The notes beneath the pieces were generated by a model. That model was not told the origin of the DNA. It did not search any database and worked only from the letters and a program-made list of their open reading frames with translations. Shown here one piece after another: positions 31,322 through 39,979 of a stretch of 64,000 nucleotides of DNA. The position numbers were made by a program, and so were the translations under genes. Source of the stretch: Candidatus Bathyarchaeia archaeon (GTDB lineage: Bacteria > Bacillota > Bacilli > Brevibacillales > Brevibacillaceae); assembly GCA_035644815.1 (NCBI GenBank), contig DASQNU010000240.1, forward strand, positions 11,422-75,421. The letters are read 5' to 3'. Within the stretch, counting starts at the first letter, position 1; the number at the start of each line of letters is the position of its first letter.

Positions 31322-31648
31322 CTAATCGCACGTTACTAATAGCCCTTGCTTCTCTAGTTGTTCGAATTCGGTCGTACAATCAGGCAAATGTTTCAAGGAA
31401 TAACCAATCTCCTCTAACACGGTTCGATTTAAAGAGAAAAATACCCATTGTCCTTTTCGGTTTTCTTCCACAAGGCCAACCGCTTTCAACCGGCTGATGT
31501 GCCTTGAAATCGCTGGTTGTGAAATGCCAAAGATGGGTACAAGTTCACACGTACAGCAATCACGGGTATTTAATAAGGCAATGATTTTCAACCGGGTTGG
31601 GTCGCCAAGTGCTTTGAATACCTCTGCTAATTTCTTTATATCCACCAA
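31322..31648 (-). CDS. arsR: ArsR/SmtB regulator of acr3-arsC
   Basis: FKALGDPTRLKI..CCTCEL..SQPAISRH. Confidence 0.92.
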   Translation of the reverse strand: MVDIKKLAEVFKALGDPTRLKIIALLNTRDCCTCELVPIFGISQPAISRHISRLKAVGLVEENRKGQWVFFSLNRTVLEEIGYSLKHLPDCTTEFEQLEKQGLLVTCD

Positions 31649-31677
31649 GAAATCTCACCCCCCTGGCTTATACTAAT

Positions 31678-31693
31678 ATAACCATATTGTTAT
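31678..31693. promoter_or_regulatory. Candidate ArsR operator upstream of the arsR-acr3-arsC unit
   Basis: ATAAC-N6-GTTAT palindrome about 30 bp upstream of the start codon. Confidence 0.5.
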
Positions 31694-31704
31694 TTCAACA
31701 TGAC

Positions 31705-31970
31705 TCTTTATGAAATCGAACAAGCGGCAATGGAATTTAGCAGGTCGGGATTCGCCGAATACTCTGCAAATAACCCCGAATAAAGTGGCCCTACCGCTGT
31801 CCCAATTGAGACGCATACAAACGCTACCAAAACAGCGAATTTTGGTTTTCTGGACGTAGTTCAGCAAGCGTTGCTAAAGCTGTTCCATGAACTACCAACA
31901 CCTAACCCTTGAACCGCTCAAGATACCAACAACATTCCAACATTTTGGGAGCGTGCAAAAAGAGAGATCC
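31705..31970 (-). pseudogene. Degraded MFS transporter fragment
   Basis: Manual translation SLFARSQNVGMLLVS*AVQGLGVG / GTALATLAELRPENQN / VAFVCVSIGTAVGPLYSGLFAEY across an in-frame stop and frameshifts. Confidence 0.7.
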
Positions 31971-31989
31971 ACGTCCTGTGTTAAACATG

Positions 31990-32026
31990 AAAAAGAACTG
32001 GCGCATAATTTCTGCCAGTTCTTTTT
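31990..32026. terminator. Bidirectional terminator downstream of arsI
   Basis: AAAAAGAACTGGC/GCCAGTTCTTTTT inverted repeat. Confidence 0.75.
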
Positions 32027-32210
32027 CACATTAAACCGCGTTACAACAAGTTTGAGGATTTACGATCAGTACTTGTTTGGGTTGTTTACTCCTATCAATT
32101 CTTGCTGACCACATCCAAAAATGACGGGCTTTGTTTTCTAATCGTTCCTGCTTTTGTCTCATTAGAAATTCTACTACATAGATATTATCAAGCATTATGT
32201 TCACCGTCCC

Positions 32211-32696
32211 TTATGATTTCGAGCAGCAACTGTCGTTTTCTTCCTTCATTTTTGAATCACAGCACTCACCTGTTTCTGTTGGATATTTAGGAACACAACA
32301 AGCGGATTCATTTTCACTCTGAGCTTCTGCGTCCGCTATCGTATAAAAGAACTCCCACTCGTTTCCGTCTGGGTCGTGAATCCAGAATTTATCTTGGAGG
32401 GCATAGCAACATGTTGTGTTCATTTCGTCATATTGGGAAAGGATGCCGTTATCTTCCAGTCTTTTCTTATGAGCAACGACTTCTTCCGTGCTTTCAACCT
32501 GGATACCAAAATGCCCGACTTGATTACCACTTACCTCGTCACGAAGATTAAGCGTGAAGTTTAATCCTGGTGTTTCGAGCAGGAACTTCGCATATTCAGG
32601 CTTCACTTTTACTGGATCTGCCCCAAATAGCTTCCTGTAAAACTCAATGGACTTCTCCAAATTTGAAACATTAAGGCCAATATGCGCGTATTTCAT
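32211..32696 (-). CDS. arsI: ArsI/CadI-family VOC protein (probable C-As lyase)
   Basis: HIGLNV, YAKF.LE.PGLNFTL, HFGIQV, TTCCYALQDKFWIHDPDGNEWEFF. Confidence 0.88.
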   Translation of the reverse strand: MKYAHIGLNVSNLEKSIEFYRKLFGADPVKVKPEYAKFLLETPGLNFTLNLRDEVSGNQVGHFGIQVESTEEVVAHKKRLEDNGILSQYDEMNTTCCYALQDKFWIHDPDGNEWEFFYTIADAEAQSENESACCVPKYPTETGECCDSKMKEENDSCCSKS

Positions 32697-32713
32697 TCCA
32701 ATGACCTCCTAAT

Positions 32714-32751
32714 ATCAATTTATTTTGATGGATATAACAAAAAAATTTGAT
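32714..32751. promoter_or_regulatory. Two ArsR-type operators upstream of arsI
   Basis: ATCAA-N6-TTGAT (32714-32729) and AACAA-N6-TTGAT (32736-32751). Confidence 0.7.
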
Positions 32752-32767
32752 GTAAGGCTTAAAAAAA

Positions 32768-33094
32768 TTAGCAACAGTTGGAGTCCGTTCGAAAGAGACA
32801 GCAAAGTTCTTCTGATAAAAGATGGTTGACCTCTTTGTTGTTCAGTTCGTAGTAGTTCATTGTTGCGTCAGTTTCTTTTAGTAGAAGGTTGGCATCGAGA
32901 AGAATTTTTAGATGGTACGACAGTTTCGATTGTGCCATATTCATAATTTCTGCAAGATCGCAAACGCATGTCTTTCCACGCTTCGTTAGTTCGTACATAA
33001 TTTGCAGTCTTTTCTTATCGGCCAATGCTTTAAACTTTGCTTCATATTTCTCAAACGTGACATCCATATTGTTTACAATCGGTAGTTCTTTCAT
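32768..33094 (-). CDS. arsR: Second ArsR/SmtB regulator with C-terminal CysCys pairs
   Basis: FKALAD.KRLQI..CVCDL..AQSKLSYHLK; ends LCCLFRTDSNCC. Confidence 0.9.
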   Translation of the reverse strand: MKELPIVNNMDVTFEKYEAKFKALADKKRLQIMYELTKRGKTCVCDLAEIMNMAQSKLSYHLKILLDANLLLKETDATMNYYELNNKEVNHLLSEELCCLFRTDSNCC

Positions 33095-33109
33095 CGTGAT
33101 ATCACCTTC

Positions 33110-33184
33110 ATCAAATTTTCTTGATGTATGTAGTGTATCACCAAGGATTTACAAATGCAATGCAGAATATCAATTTTTTTTGAT
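33110..33184. promoter_or_regulatory. Two ArsR-type operators upstream of the second arsR
   Basis: ATCAA-N6-TTGAT at 33110-33125 and 33169-33184. Confidence 0.7.
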
Positions 33185-33222
33185 GAAGAGCGTCAGGAAT
33201 TCACCCAACGCTCTTCAATTAC

Positions 33223-33360
33223 TTATTTACCGCAGCAAGAGCTCCCTTTTTGCGCTTCATTTGCTTCAGCTTCAACCTTCGTTTCTTCTTTTATTTCCAC
33301 AATTTTTACGTCACAGCAAGAGCTTTCTTTCTTTTGGAACAGACCTTTTAAAATACCCAT
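33223..33360 (-). CDS. Unannotated 45-aa peptide with two CysCys pairs
   Basis: AAGGAGG RBS, ATG at 33360, MGILKGLFQKKESSCCDVKIVEIKEETKVEAEANEAQKGSSCCGK*; below the ORF track cutoff. Confidence 0.8.
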   Translation of the reverse strand: MGILKGLFQKKESSCCDVKIVEIKEETKVEAEANEAQKGSSCCGK

Positions 33361-33374
33361 CGATATAAACCTCC

Positions 33375-34241
33375 TTAGATGATGTAAAACAAGAATCCAG
33401 ATATTGTTGACATCGTAAATACAGAGCCAACGAATGCGAAGACGAGTTTCTTTTTAAAGATGCTGTGTAACAATGTGAGTTCAGGTAAGCTTGCGCCTGC
33501 TGAGCTGATCATAAGCGCCATCACCGGACCCAAAGCCATCCCTTTGGCAATCATGATTTGCGTAATAGGGATCATGGTAGAAAGCCGAATGTAAAGTGGA
33601 ATCCCAATGATCGCTGCGACAGGAACGAGCCACCACTTATCACCTCCCAAATAAGTAGTAATCCAATCAGTAGGAACAGCACCGTGGATGAAAGCGCCAA
33701 TCCCTGCTCCAATGAGCAAATACGGATAGACTGTCTTGATTAGTTGAAAGGTTTCGGCAAAAGCTGCTTTCACATCAACCGTTTTACTTGGCTCCTGATA
33801 GCCCGAAACCACAACTTTTTTGATTTGGTCTTCAAAACCAAGCTTCTCCAACGCAAAACCAATGACAACGGAAAGCACCGAAGTGATGATCGTATAAGCG
33901 ACCGCAACCTTGAATCCAAGCACGGCCGTCATTAAGGTAATAATGGTTGGGTCAAGTACGGGTGAGGCGAATAAAAAGATCATGACAATCCCAAAGCGAA
34001 CTTTTTTATTGAGGAGATTGACCACCACAGGGATTGTGGAGCATGAGCAGAACGGCGTGATAAACGCGAATGCCAATGCTACTGCGGCACTGACTAATGG
34101 ATGGCTCTTCTCCATAAGTCGCTCCATTTTATGGTATGGAATCAGACCTTGAAGCAAATTGATGAGGAAAGAAATCCCGATAAATAACAGGGATAGCTCA
34201 AAAGCGATGGATAAAAAGCTTTGAAACACCTCTGACCACAT
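33375..34241 (-). CDS. arsP: ArsP/DUF318 family permease (probable organoarsenical exporter)
   Basis: TPFCSCSTIPV, FLFASPVLDP and GASLPE motifs; located in the ars island. Confidence 0.8.
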   Translation of the reverse strand: MWSEVFQSFLSIAFELSLLFIGISFLINLLQGLIPYHKMERLMEKSHPLVSAAVALAFAFITPFCSCSTIPVVVNLLNKKVRFGIVMIFLFASPVLDPTIITLMTAVLGFKVAVAYTIITSVLSVVIGFALEKLGFEDQIKKVVVSGYQEPSKTVDVKAAFAETFQLIKTVYPYLLIGAGIGAFIHGAVPTDWITTYLGGDKWWLVPVAAIIGIPLYIRLSTMIPITQIMIAKGMALGPVMALMISSAGASLPELTLLHSIFKKKLVFAFVGSVFTMSTISGFLFYII

Positions 34242-34257
34242 GCATAATCTCTCCTTT

Positions 34258-34276
34258 TACTTGCATTATGCAAGTA
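34258..34276. promoter_or_regulatory. Candidate MarR operator upstream of arsP
   Basis: Perfect palindrome TACTTGCAT-T-ATGCAAGTA. Confidence 0.7.
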
Positions 34277-34313
34277 TTAATTTTATAAAAAGAGCAAGGG
34301 TTATATCACTTGC

Positions 34314-34763
34314 TCAGGTTAATGGCTTACAGCAAACGGATGACTTGGACATCGCTTCGTTGAGAAGTCTAATTGATTTAATCACCATTTCTCGTTCAAA
34401 CTCGCTCATGTTAGAGAATACTTCGTTCAAATATTGGTTCATTTGCTCGTCGATCGTGGCTGCAACAAACTTTCCTTGAGTGGTCAGCGTAAGGAGATAG
34501 ACTCGCCTATCTTCGGGAAGCGGTGTTTTCGTGACCAATTCCATCTTTATGAGTGTTTGTATCTGACGACTAAACGTGGTTACATCCATCGCGAGTGTGT
34601 CAGCTATTTGTTGCATGGATGGTTTGTTCTGTCGGCTGATTTCATAAAGGATATGGCTTTGCACTAACGAAATTTCTGTACCACCAATTTGACAGCAATT
34701 TTTATTTAAGAGCCCGAATCGCCTCGTCATGATCTGGAACAGTTCACGAAGGTTTTCCATCAT
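34314..34763 (-). CDS. MarR family regulator with two CysCys pairs
   Basis: MarR wHTH (MQQIADTLAMDVTTFSRQIQTL..EDRRVYLLTLTTQG); NKNCCQ and SVCCKP. Confidence 0.88.
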   Translation of the reverse strand: MMENLRELFQIMTRRFGLLNKNCCQIGGTEISLVQSHILYEISRQNKPSMQQIADTLAMDVTTFSRQIQTLIKMELVTKTPLPEDRRVYLLTLTTQGKFVAATIDEQMNQYLNEVFSNMSEFEREMVIKSIRLLNEAMSKSSVCCKPLT

Positions 34764-34793
34764 TTTCACCTCATGGTTTAGTTATATCATCAT

Positions 34794-34812
34794 TATTTGC
34801 ATATTGCAAGTA
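34794..34812. promoter_or_regulatory. Candidate MarR autoregulatory operator
   Basis: TATTTGCA-TAT-TGCAAGTA, a near copy of the 34258 palindrome. Confidence 0.68.
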
Positions 34813-34886
34813 TATCTTTCGAAAAATAAAGCTAACCCATCACACTTAGAGCCAGCTTTACCTTCTTATCATTATCCACGTTCAAC

Positions 34887-36707
34887 CTATAATTGTTGCC
34901 GCACATCATGAAGCTTATAGGAGTCCAGTTTTTTATATAGCGTGGAAAAGCCGATCTGCAATTTATCCGCGATCATCCGTTTCGCTTCCAGCGTATCGCC
35001 ATAGCGCGTAAGCATGTCGAGAAGAATCCTTCGCTCATACTTACGAAGCTGGTATTTCAATGGTTCATCCGAATGGCTTTCCTTTGCCGTATGATGTGAT
35101 TCGACTTTGCTGATCATTCGCGGCGGAACGCTTTGCAACGTTACATAAGGGGACGTTTCCATATTGATGACATACTCGATGGCGTTTTCCAGCTCGCGAA
35201 TATTTCCCGGCCACGGATATTGTAGGAACAATTCCTTTACCTCAGGTGTAAAATCCAGCAAATCGCATTTGTACAGCTGGCGGTATTTGATAAGGAAATA
35301 ATCCATTAAAACAGGAATATCTTCTAGTCTGTCACGCAGTGGAGGCATATGTATCGGAATTACGTTCAAGCGAAAATAGAGATCCTCACGAAATTCTTTG
35401 TTCTTCACCATTTCTTCCAGGTTCTTATTGGTAGCAGAGATGAGGCGGATATCTACAGGAATCAGTTTATTTCCCCCGACGCGCTCTACCTGTTTGCTTT
35501 GCAGTACATGGAGAAGCTTTACCTGCAGATGAAGCGGTAAGTCCCCGATTTCATCCAAAAAAATCGTTCCTCCGTCAGCCAATTCAAATTTTCCGGCTTT
35601 CCCTTCCTTTTTCGCACCGGTAAAGGCACCGCCTACATAACCAAAAAGCTCGCTTTCCAACAATGTCTCCGGAATGGCACCGCAGTTGACAATGATAAAC
35701 GGTCCATTGCGACGATTGCTCGCGGAATGTATCGCGGCCGCCATCATGCCTTTCCCTGTACCGCTCTCTCCGGTGATCAGGATGTTGGAATAGCCTCGCG
35801 CCACTTGTTCCGCTTGCTTCTTCACGACCATTAGAGCACGGCTCTTCCCCCGGATTTCGGAGAGGTATAAATCTTTTGGCTCACTCGTCAGGGAATAAGC
35901 CAGCCTTCGCATATCGGACATGCGGCGGAAAGATGCGACAACCCCGACAACGCGGTTAAACATTTCGATGGGACGAGCGGTTACGATCATATGCATGATA
36001 TGGCCATTACGTTCGTAATTCTCCTCTTGCTCCATGTACCCCTTCCCGCTGGTCAATACCTCGAGCATGGGCGTATTCGGCCATATCGTTTCCAATGAAG
36101 TGCCAATGAGATCTTCTTTCTTGATTTGAATAAGTTCTTCTGCCGTCTGATTACAGGTGGTGATCCTGCCCTTTTCATCGATCGCCAGGATTCCCTCATG
36201 GATGGATTCGATGAGCACCTCCAGCTGGTGGGTCGTTTTTTTCCAGTTTTCCAAAGCTTCTAATTCCGCGATTTTACTGGATAACAGCTCAGACATTCGT
36301 TGTAAAAAGGTAAGTAAAGAAACCTTATTGGCGATGAGGGAGCGGTGCTGCGTTTCGTTGAATGCGATCAACCCGATCACGCCGATGACATTGCCGTTAT
36401 AATGAATGGGGGTACAGACTTCTCCCCACTCCTCTGTCTGGCCCGTCAAAAAGGAAGGGTCGTACGAAGGGTCCTGGCGGGCATTCTCCACGATATAGGA
36501 ACGATTGTGGCGGATCACTCTGCCGTACAAATACCCAGCTTCAATCTCCCCTCCTTCCTCCTTGGTATTGATTCGCTCCTTGTATTTTCCGGTTCCAGCG
36601 ATGATCGTCATCTCATCATCGACAATCTCTGTTTCAAATTGGATGGCAGCCGAGATCGCTTCAGCTACCTGTTGTGCTGTCTGCTGAATTTTTTTCAAAA
36701 AACTCAC
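34887..36707 (-). CDS. Sigma54-dependent enhancer-binding activator (GAF-like/PAS/AAA+/HTH)
   Basis: GESGTGK, ESELFG..GAFTGA, FLDEIGD, RxDLYFRL, WPGNIRELEN. Confidence 0.94.
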   Translation of the reverse strand: MSFLKKIQQTAQQVAEAISAAIQFETEIVDDEMTIIAGTGKYKERINTKEEGGEIEAGYLYGRVIRHNRSYIVENARQDPSYDPSFLTGQTEEWGEVCTPIHYNGNVIGVIGLIAFNETQHRSLIANKVSLLTFLQRMSELLSSKIAELEALENWKKTTHQLEVLIESIHEGILAIDEKGRITTCNQTAEELIQIKKEDLIGTSLETIWPNTPMLEVLTSGKGYMEQEENYERNGHIMHMIVTARPIEMFNRVVGVVASFRRMSDMRRLAYSLTSEPKDLYLSEIRGKSRALMVVKKQAEQVARGYSNILITGESGTGKGMMAAAIHSASNRRNGPFIIVNCGAIPETLLESELFGYVGGAFTGAKKEGKAGKFELADGGTIFLDEIGDLPLHLQVKLLHVLQSKQVERVGGNKLIPVDIRLISATNKNLEEMVKNKEFREDLYFRLNVIPIHMPPLRDRLEDIPVLMDYFLIKYRQLYKCDLLDFTPEVKELFLQYPWPGNIRELENAIEYVINMETSPYVTLQSVPPRMISKVESHHTAKESHSDEPLKYQLRKYERRILLDMLTRYGDTLEAKRMIADKLQIGFSTLYKKLDSYKLHDVRQQL

Positions 36708-36786
36708 AAGACCACCTCAACATCGTTAAATATACAGAAAATTCTCCCTTTATTGTACAATATGGACGTTACAATAGATATGTAAG

Positions 36787-36819
36787 AAAAAACAGGAGAT
36801 GTCTCCAACACATCTCCTG
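36787..36819 (-). terminator. Terminator after the aldehyde dehydrogenase gene
   Basis: CAGGAGATGT/ACATCTCCTG stem with adjacent A run. Confidence 0.7.
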
Positions 36820-36831
36820 CTATTGATCAAG

Positions 36832-38310
36832 TTAATGACGAAACCATCCGCTTGGCTTCACATTCATATTGATATTGATCTGCTTCACTTCCGTGTAGGC
36901 CTCATAACCGTATGTGCCGAGCTCACGGCCGATCCCGCTTTGTTTATACCCACCCCAGGGAGCTTCATTAAACGTTGGGTGATACGTATTAATCCATGTG
37001 ATGCCCGCCCTAAGCTTACGGATGACTCTTTGCGCCTTTGCCCCATCATTGGTAAATACGCCGCCTGCCAAGCCATATTTTGTCCCATTGGCTAGACGAA
37101 TCGCTTCTGCCTCGGTATGAAATTTTTGCACGACCAGTACAGGACCAAAAATCTCTTCCTGTACGAGACGCAGATCCGAAGAATCCACCTCAAAGATGGT
37201 AGGCTCCACGAAATATCCTTTATCCAGCCCATCCCGCAGCAATCTCTTGCCACCACATAGCAGCCGCCCTCCTTCCTCGATCCCGCCTTGGATATAGGAA
37301 AGTACGCGATTCATATGGGCCTCCGAGATGAGCGGCCCCATTTCTGTATCAGGATGGAAGCCATCACCCACCACGATTTTTTGGGCGCGTTCAACAAGAC
37401 GCTCCAGAAAACGCTCATAGATGCTAGCTTCCAGCAAAAGGCGGGAACCTGCCGAGCATACCTCTCCCTGATTGGCAAAGATGGCATACAAGGCATAATC
37501 TACGGCTGTCTCGAAATCTGCATCGGCAAACACGATGTTCGGCGATTTTCCCCCGAGTTCGAGCGATAGTTTTTTCACGGTATCTGCGGCATTTTTCATG
37601 ATCGCGATGCCTGTTTCCGTTCCCCCGGTAAAGGCGACTTTGTCGACCCATTCATGTCTGGAAATTTCATCGCCTACCACGTTTCCCGGTCCCGTCACGA
37701 GATTAGCAACACCCGCCGGAATGCCAGCCTGCTCTAAGCATTCAAACAGCATGATGGTGGACAAAGGTGTAAGATCGGCAGGCTTTAATACCAATGTGTT
37801 TCCAGCAGCCAAAGCAGGGGCTACTTTCTGCGCATTCATGACAAGCGGGTAATTCCAGCACGTAATCGCCCCCACGACCCCGATCGGCTCCCGTACGACA
37901 AACGCTTGGATTTCTTCCGGCACATCATAGGTCTGGCCCTGCGGTTTTGTGCATAGTCCCGCGTAGTAACGGAATTGGTTGACGGCATCCTGCACATCAT
38001 AAGTGGATTCTCGTAAGGGCTTTCCATTGTTCATCGTATCGACTTCTGCAAATTCGTTCGCCCGTTGTTCGATCAGGTCTGCTACCTTGCTGAGCAGCTC
38101 CGCCCGCTTGCGTGCCGGTGTTTCTGCCCATCCGGATTCATCGAAGGCCCTCCTTGCTGCCGAGATTGCCAATCGGGCGTCTTCTCTCGTCCCTTTTGTC
38201 ACATGGGCAATGGTTTCACCGTTAGCCGGATTGATGACTGCGAATGACTCTCCGGAAATGGATTCCACCCACTGGCCGTCAATATACATCTTTTTTACTT
38301 GTTGGGACAT
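36832..38310 (-). CDS. Aldehyde dehydrogenase (probable 4-aminobutyraldehyde dehydrogenase)
   Basis: WNYP, FTGGTETG, LELGGKSP, GEVCSAG, EEIFGPV; cotranscribed with patA. Confidence 0.9.
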   Translation of the reverse strand: MSQQVKKMYIDGQWVESISGESFAVINPANGETIAHVTKGTREDARLAISAARRAFDESGWAETPARKRAELLSKVADLIEQRANEFAEVDTMNNGKPLRESTYDVQDAVNQFRYYAGLCTKPQGQTYDVPEEIQAFVVREPIGVVGAITCWNYPLVMNAQKVAPALAAGNTLVLKPADLTPLSTIMLFECLEQAGIPAGVANLVTGPGNVVGDEISRHEWVDKVAFTGGTETGIAIMKNAADTVKKLSLELGGKSPNIVFADADFETAVDYALYAIFANQGEVCSAGSRLLLEASIYERFLERLVERAQKIVVGDGFHPDTEMGPLISEAHMNRVLSYIQGGIEEGGRLLCGGKRLLRDGLDKGYFVEPTIFEVDSSDLRLVQEEIFGPVLVVQKFHTEAEAIRLANGTKYGLAGGVFTNDGAKAQRVIRKLRAGITWINTYHPTFNEAPWGGYKQSGIGRELGTYGYEAYTEVKQININMNVKPSGWFRH

Positions 38311-38321
38311 CCTCTTCCCCC

Positions 38322-39695
38322 CTACTTATTTACTTGGAGCTGCTTGGAAAGTTGGCTGATTCCTTCTTCAATGCATGCGAGCACGTAATCAATTTGCTCA
38401 TAGGAAATGATCGCAGGCGGTTCCAGACGGATGACCGTCGCGTTATTCAGCGTGCCCGCCACCAGAATCTTTTTGCTGAAGAGTTGCTTAGCGAGTGTAT
38501 AGCCCAAGCTGTTATTGGCAAATTCCATGGCGATCAACAAGCCCTTCCCCCGTGCGTCGACAAGCACATCGGGATAACGGGCTTGGATTTCCTTCAGATG
38601 CTTGAGAATATAAGCTCCTTTTTCATGTGCTTTCTGCGGGATATTGTCCTCCAGGATGGTATGGATACCGGCAATCGCACCTGCGCAGCAAAGCGGATTA
38701 CCGCCAAATGTTGAGGATCCGAGCAAAAACGGATTTTCCTCCATTTTCGACCACCATTTCTTCTTCGCTACCATGGCTGCAATGGGCATCACACCACCGC
38801 CGAACGCTTTGCCCAGTGTCATAATATCGGGGACAACATCCCAATGGTCCACCCCAAACAACTTGCCTGTGCGTCCCATACCTGTCTGCACCTCGTCAAC
38901 GATCAACAGACATTCGTATTGGTCACAAATTTGGCGAAGACGAGGCAAAAAGTCATCGGGTGGAATATTGACGCCGCCTTCTCCTTGGATCGGCTCTACA
39001 ATCACCCCTGCTACCGTTTCACCCGTCGCGATCAGCATACGAATGGCTTGCTCAACGGCGTCCGCATTGCCATAGGGCACATGCTGAAAGCCCGGGACGA
39101 GAGGGTAATACGGCTCACGGAAGGTCGATTTGCCGGAAGCGGAGAGCGAACCCAGCGTTTTCCCGTGGAAGCCTTTCTCCATCGAAATGAAATACTTCTT
39201 GCCCGTGGCCAAACGCGCGAGCTTGAGCGCCATCTCATTGGCTTCCGTCCCACAATTCACGAGATAGCAATGCTGGAGATCTCCGGGGGTAATATAAGCC
39301 ACCAGCTTCGAGAGATACCCGCGCAACGGATCGACCATTTCCTGGCTGTGCAGAGCGTAGCGCTTGATTTGCGCTTCTACTGCTTTCACAACTTTCGGAT
39401 GGCGATGGCCTAACAAATAAACACCGTAACCGCCAAGGCAATCAATGTACTCATCGCCCATCGTATCGCGAAAGACAGCTGCTTCCCCCTCCCATTCCAC
39501 GACGGAGAAATCGGTAGACACGGATTTTCTGTGCAAAAGGATCGCTTTTGTCACATGATTGGTAAAGTTATCGATTGAATCCGCGACGATTTGCTTTTTC
39601 TGCTCGACAGTGAGCGTTTCACTTTGAATAAAGCCTAGTACCTCCTCTGCCAACTGTAATGCTTCTTCACGTGATTTTCGTTCCATTGTGATCAC
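38322..39695 (-). CDS. patA: Putrescine aminotransferase (class III PLP)
   Basis: DCLGGYG, LHSQEM.DPLRGYL, FHGKTLG, EPIQGEGG, DEVQTGMGRTG, LGKAFGGG; resembles E. coli YgjG by recall. Confidence 0.88.
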   Translation of the reverse strand: MITMERKSREEALQLAEEVLGFIQSETLTVEQKKQIVADSIDNFTNHVTKAILLHRKSVSTDFSVVEWEGEAAVFRDTMGDEYIDCLGGYGVYLLGHRHPKVVKAVEAQIKRYALHSQEMVDPLRGYLSKLVAYITPGDLQHCYLVNCGTEANEMALKLARLATGKKYFISMEKGFHGKTLGSLSASGKSTFREPYYPLVPGFQHVPYGNADAVEQAIRMLIATGETVAGVIVEPIQGEGGVNIPPDDFLPRLRQICDQYECLLIVDEVQTGMGRTGKLFGVDHWDVVPDIMTLGKAFGGGVMPIAAMVAKKKWWSKMEENPFLLGSSTFGGNPLCCAGAIAGIHTILEDNIPQKAHEKGAYILKHLKEIQARYPDVLVDARGKGLLIAMEFANNSLGYTLAKQLFSKKILVAGTLNNATVIRLEPPAIISYEQIDYVLACIEEGISQLSKQLQVNK

Positions 39696-39729
39696 CCTTT
39701 TTACGAATTAGTTTTCGTGGATTACCTAC

Positions 39730-39746
39730 TGCAAGGATGATGCCAA
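39730..39746 (-). promoter_or_regulatory. Sigma54 -24/-12 promoter of patA
   Basis: TTGGCATCATCCTTGCA matches TGGCA-N6-TTGC. Confidence 0.85.
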
Positions 39747-39786
39747 ATGGACTATGCATGTAAAAGCGAGGGTTTTGCGTAAATTG

Positions 39787-39886
39787 TTCTCGATTTTTAG
39801 AAAAAATTTAGCGATACGCGTGTTTTGTTCTCATCTAGTCAGGAAACATCCCTATTTCAGCGGTTTCTCCTTCTCATTAATGAGAA
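39787..39886. promoter_or_regulatory. Candidate upstream activator sites for the patA promoter
   Basis: TTCTC-N6-TAGAA (39787-39802) and the perfect TTCTCATTAATGAGAA (39871-39886). Confidence 0.6.
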
Positions 39887-39979
39887 AAATACGATTTTTG
39901 TAATGTGTATATCCGTTGTCGAATTCCACATGAAAAACAGACTGTATCTTGCATACAGCCTGCCATTTTGACGCCATTT

